A stretch of DNA of 64,000 nt from Desulfobacterales bacterium (lineage in GTDB: Bacteria > Desulfobacterota > Desulfobacteria > Desulfobacterales > UBA2174), in NCBI GenBank assembly GCA_963668645.2, contig CAXXWC010000021.1:640001-704000 (forward strand), in the 5' to 3' direction. Each line of letters begins with the position of its first letter. The stretch's first letter is position 1. Under the pieces are notes generated by a model. It saw nothing but the letters and a program-made list of their open reading frames with translations. It had not been told where the DNA came from and ran no database searches. The position numbers were made by a program, and so were the translations under genes. This document shows, in pieces, positions 48,302 through 58,388 of this stretch.

Positions 48302-49720
48302 ATGCTTGAACAGGAATTGAACAACTACTGGCAAACGGTGGTGAACACGATCCAGGATGCGGTGATGATCGTCGACACCGACGGAACCATCGTGACCGCT
48401 AACCAGGCCTTTGCCCGGGTGACCGGTTATACGGCCGAAGAGATCGTGGGCCGATCCTGCGCCATGCTCCAATGCCCGACCTGCCAGAAGGACCGCCACG
48501 AAACAAACGGCTACTGGTGCAGCCTGTTTCGCACCGGCGAGGTGCGCCGCCACCGCTGCACCATACGCCACAAGGACGGCCGGGACGTGCCGGTGCTCAA
48601 AAACGCGGCGGTGCTGCGAGATAACACCGGCCAGGCCATCGGCGGGGTGGAAACGCTCACCGACATCAGCGCCATCGTCGACCGGGATCGCAAGATCGAG
48701 GCCTATCGCCGGGAACTGGCCGCCGAAAACGGGTTTCATGGAATCATCGGCATCTCGCCGGCCATGCGCGCCGTGTTCGACATGATCGCCAACGCGGCGG
48801 GCAGCGACGCGCCGGTGATCATCTTCGGTGAAAGCGGCACCGGCAAAGAACTGGTGGCCCGGGCGATCCACGATCGCGGCCCGCGGCGGGAAAAGCCCTA
48901 CGTCAAGGTCAACTGCGCGGCCCTGGCCGAGACCCTGCTGGAAAGCGAACTGTTCGGCCATGTACGCGGGGCCTTTACCGGCGCGGTGCAGGCCCGTGAA
49001 GGGCGCTTCGAGGCAGCCAACGGCGGGGACATCTTCCTTGACGAAATCGGCGATCTGCCCATGACCACCCAGGTCAAGCTGCTGCGGGTACTGGAGGAAA
49101 AGGTGATCGAGAGAGTGGGCGACAACCGTCCCGTCCCGGTGGACGTGCGCATCGTCACGGCGACCAACCGCGATCTTTCCCGCATGGTGGCCGAAGGGCG
49201 CTTTCGTGAGGACCTGTTTTACCGCATCAACGTGATCCCGCTAATCCTGCCCCCGCTGCGCGAACGCATGGAGGACATCCCGCTGCTGGCCGAGGCTTTT
49301 TTCCGACGGTTGCAGCTCAAAAGCGAAAAAACCGTGGAAACCATCGCCTACGACACCATGGGCATGTTGATGACCTACCACTGGCCGGGCAACGTGCGCG
49401 AACTGCGCTCCGCCTTCGAATACGCCTTCGTGGCCTGCCCGGGCGGCAGCATCCAACCCCAGCACCTGCCGCCCACCATCGCCCAAAGCCGCCGCTGCCC
49501 CCAGCCCTCGGTGCTGGCGGCCGCCATGGCCCAAGCCCCCTCGCCTTCTGCCGCTGCAACGCCCGATGGCCTCTCGCCCAAAGAGACCCTCATCGCGGCC
49601 CTGCGCCGCAGCGGCGGCAACCAGAGCGCCGCGGCCCGTCTGCTGGGCGTCTCGCGCGGCACGGTCTGGAACCGCATGCGCCGCTATGGGATCGATCCTC
49701 GTAAAATTCCGGATTCCTGA
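48302..49720 (+). CDS. PAS-domain sigma-54-dependent transcriptional activator (Fis-type HTH)
   Basis: PAS domain with C-x4-C-x2-C-x10-C, GESGTGKE, ESELFGHVRGAFTGA, FLDEIGD, WPGNVREL, GNQSAAARLLGVSRGTVW. Confidence 0.97.
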   Translation: MLEQELNNYWQTVVNTIQDAVMIVDTDGTIVTANQAFARVTGYTAEEIVGRSCAMLQCPTCQKDRHETNGYWCSLFRTGEVRRHRCTIRHKDGRDVPVLKNAAVLRDNTGQAIGGVETLTDISAIVDRDRKIEAYRRELAAENGFHGIIGISPAMRAVFDMIANAAGSDAPVIIFGESGTGKELVARAIHDRGPRREKPYVKVNCAALAETLLESELFGHVRGAFTGAVQAREGRFEAANGGDIFLDEIGDLPMTTQVKLLRVLEEKVIERVGDNRPVPVDVRIVTATNRDLSRMVAEGRFREDLFYRINVIPLILPPLRERMEDIPLLAEAFFRRLQLKSEKTVETIAYDTMGMLMTYHWPGNVRELRSAFEYAFVACPGGSIQPQHLPPTIAQSRRCPQPSVLAAAMAQAPSPSAAATPDGLSPKETLIAALRRSGGNQSAAARLLGVSRGTVWNRMRRYGIDPRKIPDS

Positions 49721-49800
49721 GGCAAAAATCCAATTAGAAAGGAGCCGGAACCCCTTTTGAGTGATTTTTGATTTCCCTATCCATAATAGAAAAATAACAA

Positions 49801-49829
49801 TTGACCCAATCTCAAGTCATTGCTATAGC
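49801..49829 (+). promoter_or_regulatory. Candidate sigma-70 promoter
   Basis: TTGACC-N17-TATAGC with a TG extension before the -10 box. Confidence 0.45.
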
Positions 49830-49854
49830 ACTCAAAAATTAACTTTGGCCTCTG

Positions 49855-49895
49855 AAACCCTGCTTTCCGCAACGGATGGCAGGGTTTTGTGTTTT
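49855..49895 (+). terminator. Rho-independent terminator
   Basis: AAACCCTGCtttccg-caa-cggatgGCAGGGTTTTGTGTTTT. Confidence 0.8.
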
Positions 49896-49911
49896 ATTGG
49901 GGAAAGACCGT

Positions 49912-50038
49912 CTCGCGCAAAGACGCAGTGGCGCAGAGGATGAGTGAATTTTTGACGGATTGATTAAGAATGGGATCACACTCTTCACAAATAGTCTTTA
50001 AGACTGATTTCCTCTGCGTCTCGGCAGCTCTGCGGGAG
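49912..50038. repeat. REP/MITE-like palindromic element with CGCAGAG-type arms
   Basis: 29-nt arms at 49912-49940 and 50010-50038 are inverted repeats (22/29 match by eye) around an AT-rich spacer. Confidence 0.7.
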
Positions 50039-50496
50039 TTTGAGTGTCATCTTTCCTGCAAATGAAGTATGTGGAATCTCGAATTAAAGAACATATGAAC
50101 AGGAGCGGTAGTCCAATATGATTGTATACGGAATCAAAGCATTGGCTTCAAACAATTGGGTCCACTGCCACACATCACTTTTCCCCGACGAGCAGGATTT
50201 CCTTTTGGTGCTGGACATGATCGTAGCCTTATGTCGCAACGCGTCTGTTCCCGGGCTCCACGTATAGGCAGGCCGTCTCGCGGTTGCATCCTTGCCGACA
50301 ATCAGTGGACATGCTAATGGATACAACCGGCAACAAGGTTCCGCACCGGGGCCTTCACCTTGTCGTCTGGCGTGCTTTACGCCAGTGCGATCGTACGCCA
50401 AACCCTGGAGTTGTATTATCCACTTTTTTCGCAACCTGGCCTGTGGCGCGCCATGCTCAGCCCGGCCGGTTCGCGCTTGGTTCGGTGAGAGCCTGG

Positions 50497-51552
50497 ATGA
50501 AGTTACGCAACCTCGGGTTCGACCAATGGTTTGAAGCCCATGCCACCGAATTGCGCCGGGAAGGGTGCAGTTTTGCCCGCATATCCGCAGTCGACCGCGG
50601 CGCATACCTTATAGTCAACGAATCCAGGGAGGTCCCGGCCGAGCTGACCGGAAAGCTCTCTTATCAGATTGATAGCCCCGCCGACCTGCCATGCGTCGGA
50701 GATTGGGTGACGGCCCAATATTACGATAATGACACCGCCGCCATCATCCACCGGGTCTTTCCGCGAAAGACGTTCCTACGGCGCAAGACTGCCGGTGAAA
50801 ACGTCGACTACCAGATGATTGCAGCCAACATAGATGCCGCTTTTATCGTCCAATCATGCCATTTTGACTTCAATCCACGGCGATTGGACCGATACCTGGT
50901 AATGGTAACAGACGGACATGTTGAACCGATTGTCATCCTCACCAAGACGGACTTGATTACCCGGGAGGAACTGGATCAGAAAATCGCGATCGTCAGCACT
51001 GCCACCAAAGCCAGGGTTCTGGCCCTGAGCAATATCACCGGTATCGGGCTTGACCGGTTTCGCCAGGCCCTTTCACCCGGCAAAACCTACTGCCTGCTCG
51101 GTTCATCGGGTGTCGGCAAGACGACGCTCATCAATCGCCTCATAGGTCAGGAAGCCTTCGTCACAAAAGCCGTCAGCGATACAGGAGAAGGCACCCATAC
51201 GACGTCACGCCGGCAGCTCACCGTTCTCGGCCAGGGTACAATGCTGGTTGACACCCCCGGGATGCGCGAGCTGGGCATCATCGGCGCCGGCGAGGCGGTC
51301 AACACGGGTTTCGAAGAAGTTGCCGAGCTTTCCGCAAATTGTCGCTACGCAGATTGCAGCCACCAACACGAACCCGGCTGCGCTGTCCGCACCGCGGTCG
51401 AAAATGGTGAACTGTCTGAAGACAGATATTACAGCTATATCAAGCTCAAGAAAGAATCAAATTACTACGGGATGTCCTACCTGGACAAACGGAAAAAAGA
51501 CAAAGCCTTCGGACGATTTATCAAATCGGTAAAAAGGGAGATGCTGGACTGA
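50497..51552 (+). CDS. rsgA: Ribosome small subunit-dependent GTPase A
   Basis: PCVGDWV, IAANID, LTKTDL, GSSGVGKTTLIN, GTHTTSRRQL, DTPGMRE, CRYADCSHQHEPGCAV. Start placed at ATG 50497. Confidence 0.95.
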   Translation: MKLRNLGFDQWFEAHATELRREGCSFARISAVDRGAYLIVNESREVPAELTGKLSYQIDSPADLPCVGDWVTAQYYDNDTAAIIHRVFPRKTFLRRKTAGENVDYQMIAANIDAAFIVQSCHFDFNPRRLDRYLVMVTDGHVEPIVILTKTDLITREELDQKIAIVSTATKARVLALSNITGIGLDRFRQALSPGKTYCLLGSSGVGKTTLINRLIGQEAFVTKAVSDTGEGTHTTSRRQLTVLGQGTMLVDTPGMRELGIIGAGEAVNTGFEEVAELSANCRYADCSHQHEPGCAVRTAVENGELSEDRYYSYIKLKKESNYYGMSYLDKRKKDKAFGRFIKSVKREMLD

Positions 51553-51773
51553 ATCCGAAAAGAAAGATTTTACTGGTACCGCCTTGACGCCCTTTTTCCA
51601 GATCCTCGTGTCGACGCAGATGCCTGCGCGAAGTCATGAACGGATAGCCTGCTCCGGCATGTGGCATGTTCCAAGCCTTCGACTGGCTGCGGCCGATGAG
51701 TCCCAATGCCGGGCAGCTCGAATGAGCTTGAAGTTAGCAGGATAAGTCGAGAGTCAAACCATAAACGGCATAG

Positions 51774-52775
<1,002 letters not shown>

Positions 52776-52786
52776 GAGGAAAAGAA

Positions 52787-53296
52787 ATGGCGATCCGACC
52801 GATTCTGTTGCTCGGCAATCCCCGGCTCTATGAAAAAAGCAGGCCCGTACTCGCGCAAGAGATGGAGGCACTGCAAGCCGTGGTGGCGGATCTGCACGAC
52901 ACGCTTATCGGCTTTCGCGAACGATACGGGGTCGGCAGGGCGATCGCCGCACCGCAGATCGGGGTGATGAAGCGCCTTGTCTACATGTCCATTGACGGCG
53001 TTTCAACGGTCTTTATCAATCCCCGACTTGAGGATAAGAGTGAGCAGATGATGGAAGTGTGGGACGACTGTATGTCTTTTCCGGATCTGGTGGTTAAGGT
53101 AAAGCGCCACGCGTCATGCCGTATCCGATACCGGAATCAGGATTGGAAAGACGAATCAATGCACCTTCATGGTGACTTGTCGGAACTGCTCCAGCACGAA
53201 TACGATCACCTTGATGGGATCCTGGCTGTCACCAGGGCCATTGACGACCGGTCCTTTGCCTTAAAGAGCCAGAAAACTTTGGTCCCCCATGGATAG
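52787..53296 (+). CDS. def: Peptide deformylase (atypical motifs)
   Basis: GGAGG RBS; MAIRPILLLGNPRL, AIAAPQIG, FINP, DDCMSFP, QHEYDHLDGIL. Confidence 0.88.
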   Translation: MAIRPILLLGNPRLYEKSRPVLAQEMEALQAVVADLHDTLIGFRERYGVGRAIAAPQIGVMKRLVYMSIDGVSTVFINPRLEDKSEQMMEVWDDCMSFPDLVVKVKRHASCRIRYRNQDWKDESMHLHGDLSELLQHEYDHLDGILAVTRAIDDRSFALKSQKTLVPHG

Positions 53297-53338
53297 ACGG
53301 CTTCTGTTTTGGCGCATACAAATGATATTGAGCCTTGA

Positions 53339-54517
53339 TCAGATTACCCCCCCGGCTTTCAAGGCGGCGATCCGAGCAGCATCAAGACCCAGGTTCAAAA
53401 GCACCTCCTCGGTGTGTTCGCCCAGCGCCGGGGCGGGAAGGCGCAGCCGGCACGGCCTGTTGGTCAGCTTGACCGGAAAACCGGTCATCTTTACTTTTCC
53501 GCAATCGGGCTGTTCCGTCTCAAGAACCATCTGCTGATGCAACACCTGAGGATCGGAAAAGACCTCCGCCAGGTTTTGAATTAACCCGCAAGGAACGCCG
53601 TGGGCATTGAGGCGCTCGATCCAGTAAGCCTTGGGCCGGGTGCAGGTCTTTTCCTCGATCAGGGCATTGATCTCGGATCGGTGCCGCATCCGGCTCTCAT
53701 TGGTCACGAATCTCGGATCCTGGCCAAGATGTTCCAAACCCAATGCTTCGAGCAAACGCGCGTATATGATATCGTTGCTCGGCGCAATGGCCACATCGCC
53801 GTCCTGGGCTTTGAAGATGCCATAAGGGGCCACGATGGGATGATCGTTTCCCGAACGCTCGGGCAATTTTTCCGTGGCCAGGTAATTGGCGCTCATGTAA
53901 GAAAAAAAGCTGATAATACCGTCCATCATCGCCGTTTGGACCTGCTCCCCACCACCGCTACGGATCCGCCCCACAAGGGAGCACACGATCCCGAAGGCGG
54001 AATAAAGTCCGGCGATCAGATCTGTAATGGGCAGCGGATCGCGCAGGGGCCGCTGCCCCGGTTCGCCGTTCAGGCTCATAAACCCGCTCATGGCTTGGGC
54101 GATGAAATCGAAGGCCGGACGCTGGGCATAGGGCCCGTCCGGGCCGAACCCGGTGATGGCGCTGTAAATAAGCTCCGGATTGATCTGCTGCAACCGTTCC
54201 CGTCCGAAGCCCATCTTATCCATGACACCCGGGCGGAAGTTTTCCACCACGACGTCCGCCCTTTTCAACAAGCCGGCAAGGACTTGTTTGCCCTCGTCTT
54301 TTCTCAGATTCAGGCAAACCGACTTCTTGTTGCGGTTGAACAGGGCGTAATACCAACTCAGGCCATTCTTGACGGCGCCTTGGGCGCGCAACGGATCGCC
54401 GCTTGCAGGGGATTCGATTTTAATCACCTCGGCGCCCATGTCCCCCAAAAGCGCTGTACAAAAAGGCCCGGAAATGATCCGCGTAAGGTCGACGACGACA
54501 ATTCCCTTCAACGGCAT
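53339..54517 (-). CDS. Family III CoA transferase (CaiB/BaiF)
   Basis: LKGIVVVDLTRIISGPF, LGDMGAEVIKIE, NRNKKS, ENFRPG, APALGEHT. The start may be a few codons off. Confidence 0.95.
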   Translation of the reverse strand: MPLKGIVVVDLTRIISGPFCTALLGDMGAEVIKIESPASGDPLRAQGAVKNGLSWYYALFNRNKKSVCLNLRKDEGKQVLAGLLKRADVVVENFRPGVMDKMGFGRERLQQINPELIYSAITGFGPDGPYAQRPAFDFIAQAMSGFMSLNGEPGQRPLRDPLPITDLIAGLYSAFGIVCSLVGRIRSGGGEQVQTAMMDGIISFFSYMSANYLATEKLPERSGNDHPIVAPYGIFKAQDGDVAIAPSNDIIYARLLEALGLEHLGQDPRFVTNESRMRHRSEINALIEEKTCTRPKAYWIERLNAHGVPCGLIQNLAEVFSDPQVLHQQMVLETEQPDCGKVKMTGFPVKLTNRPCRLRLPAPALGEHTEEVLLNLGLDAARIAALKAGGVI

Positions 54518-54549
54518 AGAACCACTCCTTTTGAATCAAGCCAAGAATC

Positions 54550-55827
54550 CTACATCAAGCTCGGAAGCCAGGTGGTAAACGGCGGGAAAAAGGTCACTAA
54601 CGCCAACACAGCCAGGGCCATGAGCAAAAAAGGGAGCACTTCGCGCACCAGCGGCGCCATCCTCAAATTGCCGATGGCGGCCACAACGAACAGCAAAAAG
54701 CCCACCGGAGGCGTCAGCATACCGATCATCAGGTTCAACACCATCACCGTTCCGAAGTGAATGGGGTCGAGTCCCAGCTCACGGCCGATGGGAATCAGGG
54801 CGGGAACGAAGATGATAAGGGCGGGCAGCGGCTCCAAAAGGCAACCCACGACCAGAAGCAACACATTGATCAGCAAAAGCAAAATCCAGGGGTTGCGCGT
54901 CAGGCTGAACAAAAACTCGCTCAACACATAGTTGATCCTGGATTCGGCCAGAAGCCAGGCGAAAATTCCGGCTGCGGCCAAAAGGATCATAATCACGCCG
55001 CTGGTGATCCCGGCCTGGAAAAAGACTTCCGGAAGATCCCGCAGCTTGATTTCGCGGTAAACGAAAAAGCCCACCAACAGTGCATAAACCACGGCGGTGG
55101 TGGCCGCTTCGGTGACCGTGACGAAGCCGAAAACGATTCCGCCCAGAACGATGACCGGCATCATCAGGGCCCACGAGGCGCTGTAAAAGGCCCTCAGCCG
55201 CTCGGCCCACGACGCCCTCGGCTGGCGGGGATAATTGCGCCTGCGGGCCAGGCACCAGCACAGCAACAAGAACCCCCCGCCGAGAACCAGCCCCGGCAAA
55301 AGGCTCGCCATGAACAGCTTGCCGATGGAAGCGTTGCCCAGAACCCCGTAAATCACCATGGGAATCGACGGGGGAATGATGGGGCCGATGGTTGCCGCGG
55401 CCGCAACCACGGCGCCGGCGTAATGCGGGTCGTAGCCCTCTTCTTTCATGGCAGGAATCAGGATCGAACCGGTGGCGGAGGCATCGGCCACCCCTGAGCC
55501 GGAAACCCCGGCCATGATCATATTGGTGATCACCGCAACCTGGCTCAGGCTGCCTTTTATGTGCCCGATAAATGCCAGGCTGAAGGTTACCAGACGGCCG
55601 GTGATGCCGCCTTTGTTCATCAACTCCCCGGCCAGCACGAACAACGGGATGGCGACCAGCGAAAAAACATCCACCCCGCCGATCATCCGCAGCGGGATGA
55701 TGTTGGCATCGACCACCCGGGTGGTCTTGACCACAATGCCAAGGTAGGAGGCCAGCACCATGGAGAAGGCCACATCCATCCCGAGCAACATCAATACGAT
55801 GAAAGCGGCGAACAAAAAAGCGACCAA
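54550..55827 (-). CDS. dctM: TRAP transporter large permease
   Basis: AIPLFVLAGELM, GVSGSGVAD, IIPPSIP, TVTEAA, DPIHFG, LTPPVG. Confidence 0.95.
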   Translation of the reverse strand: MVAFLFAAFIVLMLLGMDVAFSMVLASYLGIVVKTTRVVDANIIPLRMIGGVDVFSLVAIPLFVLAGELMNKGGITGRLVTFSLAFIGHIKGSLSQVAVITNMIMAGVSGSGVADASATGSILIPAMKEEGYDPHYAGAVVAAAATIGPIIPPSIPMVIYGVLGNASIGKLFMASLLPGLVLGGGFLLLCWCLARRRNYPRQPRASWAERLRAFYSASWALMMPVIVLGGIVFGFVTVTEAATTAVVYALLVGFFVYREIKLRDLPEVFFQAGITSGVIMILLAAAGIFAWLLAESRINYVLSEFLFSLTRNPWILLLLINVLLLVVGCLLEPLPALIIFVPALIPIGRELGLDPIHFGTVMVLNLMIGMLTPPVGFLLFVVAAIGNLRMAPLVREVLPFLLMALAVLALVTFFPPFTTWLPSLM

Positions 55828-55839
55828 TGTCAGGCCTCC

Positions 55840-56334
55840 TCAGGCATGCGAAGACCCGCCGGCCCTGCGACATAATTTGCCACAGAGGCGCACCAGGACG
55901 AAAAAGGCCATCAAGACCGAGCCGGCGACCTGGGCGCCAAACATCACCTGGTAGCTAAAGGGGGTTCCCACGATACTCTGGAAAGCGCCGACCTTGTATA
56001 CTTCGCAGCCTTTCACTGTGAGCACCCCGAGCAAATAGACCAGAACGATGTCGAAAAAAACGGACAAAAAACGCCGCACGGCCGCCGGAAACATCTGTTC
56101 AAAGGTGTCGATGCGAACATTTTTATCCATCAGCGTGGCCACCGCCGCCCCCATGAAGGTCAGCCAAACCAGAACGATGCGGGCGTATTGATCCGTCGCC
56201 GTAAACGGATTTTGCATGACGTACCGCGCCACGACCTGAACAAATGTCAGACCCACCAGGCCCACCATCAGCAGGATGATATACCAGCGCAACACGGCCC
56301 TTACCCAAGCGGCGACGCGATCAAGAACTGTCAT
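55840..56334 (-). CDS. dctQ: TRAP transporter small permease
   Basis: Four TM helices, QVVARY, WLTFMGA, NVRID. Confidence 0.92.
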   Translation of the reverse strand: MTVLDRVAAWVRAVLRWYIILLMVGLVGLTFVQVVARYVMQNPFTATDQYARIVLVWLTFMGAAVATLMDKNVRIDTFEQMFPAAVRRFLSVFFDIVLVYLLGVLTVKGCEVYKVGAFQSIVGTPFSYQVMFGAQVAGSVLMAFFVLVRLCGKLCRRAGGSSHA

Positions 56335-56367
56335 ACGGCTACACCTCCGCCAATCGACAGGAACCGA

Positions 56368-57369
56368 TTACTGCTGCATGGCCCGGATCTTTTCAACCAG
56401 GCCGGCCGGCCACAGTTTGCCCTCCAGGGGCTTGTGGGCATCTTTCAATACGGCCTTGAAAGCCTCGATATCGGGCACCGTGTATGTACCGCCGGATTCC
56501 TTGATGATCTGGATGGCATCCTGGTCCAGTTTGGCCGTCAGCGCCGTGGTCAGTTCGCCCGCCTCTTTGGCGGCATCCTTGAAAATGATGCGGTCCTGAT
56601 TACTCAGGCTTTTCCAGACATTCTCGCTGATAAACCACCCGGTCACCTCAAAGGAATGATCGGTGGCCGACCAGTACTTGGCCACTTCATGAAACTTAAG
56701 CGGAATGGCCAGATCGAAACCATTGTCCTGGCCTTCGATGACGTCCTGCTTGAGCCCCATGTAAATCTCGGTCATGGGCAACGGGGTGCACTTGACGCCG
56801 AGGGCCCTGAAGGTGTTCAAAAATACGTCCATCCCCGGAATGCGTAATTTCATCCCCTTCAAGTCGGCTGGTTTGACGATGGGGCCTTTGGTGGTTTGGA
56901 TGGCGCGCGGGGAACGGGCACCGAAGGCACCGAAGATGCGCACACCCGTGCTCGCCGCCAAGTCGTCATAGATGGCGCCGAAGATGGGATCATTGAGAAT
57001 CCTCATCGCCTCCTGCTTATTGTTGAACAGGTAGGGGACATACATGACGTGCATGGCTTGGGCTTTTTCTTTCAGGTAGAGGGCCGAACCGAGCCCGAAA
57101 TAGCCCATATCGATGTTGCCCAGCTGCATCCCGGCAAAAGTCTGGGGGATGTTGCCCAACTGGCCGTCGGCGTAAGTGAGCACTTCGATCTGGCCGCCGG
57201 TTTTATCCTTGACGATGGCCGCAAACTTCTGCATGGCCAGATGCCAGTTGCTGCCGGTGGCTGAGATGGTGTTCATCTTGAGCTGACGCGTTTCCGCCCG
57301 CCCCACTCCGGCCGCCGCAAGGACAACGACAGCCGCCACTGCCAACAGAACCATCGTTCGTTTTCCCAT
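56368..57369 (-). CDS. dctP: TRAP transporter substrate-binding protein
   Basis: Signal peptide, GQLG, PYLF, DLKGMKLRIP, EIYMGLKQDVIEGQDN. Confidence 0.95.
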   Translation of the reverse strand: MGKRTMVLLAVAAVVVLAAAGVGRAETRQLKMNTISATGSNWHLAMQKFAAIVKDKTGGQIEVLTYADGQLGNIPQTFAGMQLGNIDMGYFGLGSALYLKEKAQAMHVMYVPYLFNNKQEAMRILNDPIFGAIYDDLAASTGVRIFGAFGARSPRAIQTTKGPIVKPADLKGMKLRIPGMDVFLNTFRALGVKCTPLPMTEIYMGLKQDVIEGQDNGFDLAIPLKFHEVAKYWSATDHSFEVTGWFISENVWKSLSNQDRIIFKDAAKEAGELTTALTAKLDQDAIQIIKESGGTYTVPDIEAFKAVLKDAHKPLEGKLWPAGLVEKIRAMQQ

Positions 57370-57443
57370 TTGCTTTCACCCTTCTCTTTTAAGGTAGCAT
57401 GATGATGTTATCTTTTTGCCGAAGGTGCGGCCGGGGCGGCCGA

Positions 57444-58388
57444 TCACGGGTCCGGCGGCGACGTACAGGCGCCCGCAAGCGGATACCGCTTCAGACGCGC
57501 TCCGGCTTTCATAACCTGTCCGGGCAAGGTGCGCCCGATCACGCGCTCCACGTGACCGGCCGCGGCGATGAGCTTTTCCAGATCGACGCCGGTTTGGATG
57601 CCCAGTTCGTGGAGCAGATAGACGAGGTCCTCGGTGGCGATGTTGCCCGTGGCCCCGGGTGCAAAAGGGCATCCGCCGAGTCCTGCCACGGAAGATTCAA
57701 ACCGGTCCATCCCGATTTGCAGGGCCTGGTAGACATTTACCAGGCCGATGCCCCGGGTGTTATGAAAGTGCAAAGAGATTTTCAGTTTCGGAAACACGCT
57801 TCGCAGATGGCTGCACAAGTCGCGCACCACCGGCGGGGTGGCCATCCCGGTGGTGTCCCCCAGAGTAACGGAACCGATACCCAGTTTCGTCATGCGCTCG
57901 ATGATGTTCGAGACCTGCTCTTTTCTGACTTGCCCCTCGAAAGGGCACCCGAAGGCCACGGCAACCGCACCGTGCAGCGCCGCGCCGGCCTCTTGGGCAA
58001 TGCGGGCGACCTCATCGAAACCGTCGAGGGATTCCGCGATGGTCCGGCGCACATTGCTCCGGTTGTGGCTCTCCGAGGCCGAGACAAAAACCACCATTTC
58101 ATCTACCCCGGCCAGAGCGGCGTTCTGGGCCCCCACGGGATTGGGCACCAGGGCGGACAACTTCAACCCTGCCACGCGCTCTACGCCCTTTGCCACCAGA
58201 ACCGCATCCTTCATCTGCGGCACGGCTTTGGGCGAAACGAAGGATGTCACTTCCATCCGCCGGAGACCGGATTCGATCAGCCGGTTGGCGATATCGATCT
58301 TGACATCGGTGGGGATGAAGGTCTTTTCCATCTGGAACCCGTCCCTGGGTCCGACTTCCACCACGGTGGCTTTGGCAGGCAAAGTCAT
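57444..58388 (-). CDS. HMG-CoA lyase family (DRE-TIM) enzyme
   Basis: EVGPRDGFQME, TSFVSPKAVPQM, FGCPFEG, LGDTTGMA, HFHNTRG, GLGGCPFAPGATGNIATED. Start at ATG 58388 overlaps the upstream stop. Confidence 0.95.
   Translation of the reverse strand: MTLPAKATVVEVGPRDGFQMEKTFIPTDVKIDIANRLIESGLRRMEVTSFVSPKAVPQMKDAVLVAKGVERVAGLKLSALVPNPVGAQNAALAGVDEMVVFVSASESHNRSNVRRTIAESLDGFDEVARIAQEAGAALHGAVAVAFGCPFEGQVRKEQVSNIIERMTKLGIGSVTLGDTTGMATPPVVRDLCSHLRSVFPKLKISLHFHNTRGIGLVNVYQALQIGMDRFESSVAGLGGCPFAPGATGNIATEDLVYLLHELGIQTGVDLEKLIAAAGHVERVIGRTLPGQVMKAGARLKRYPLAGACTSPPDP

Noticed and set aside
50084..50496. ORFs and N-terminal extension upstream of rsgA
   Set aside because: No protein-like motifs; RsgA similarity begins at MKLRNLGF (50497).
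51690..51740. attC-like end (TGAGCTTGAAGTTAGCA) upstream of the aldo/keto reductase
   Set aside because: No matching inverse core site or convincing hairpin, and no integron integrase or cassette array in the window.
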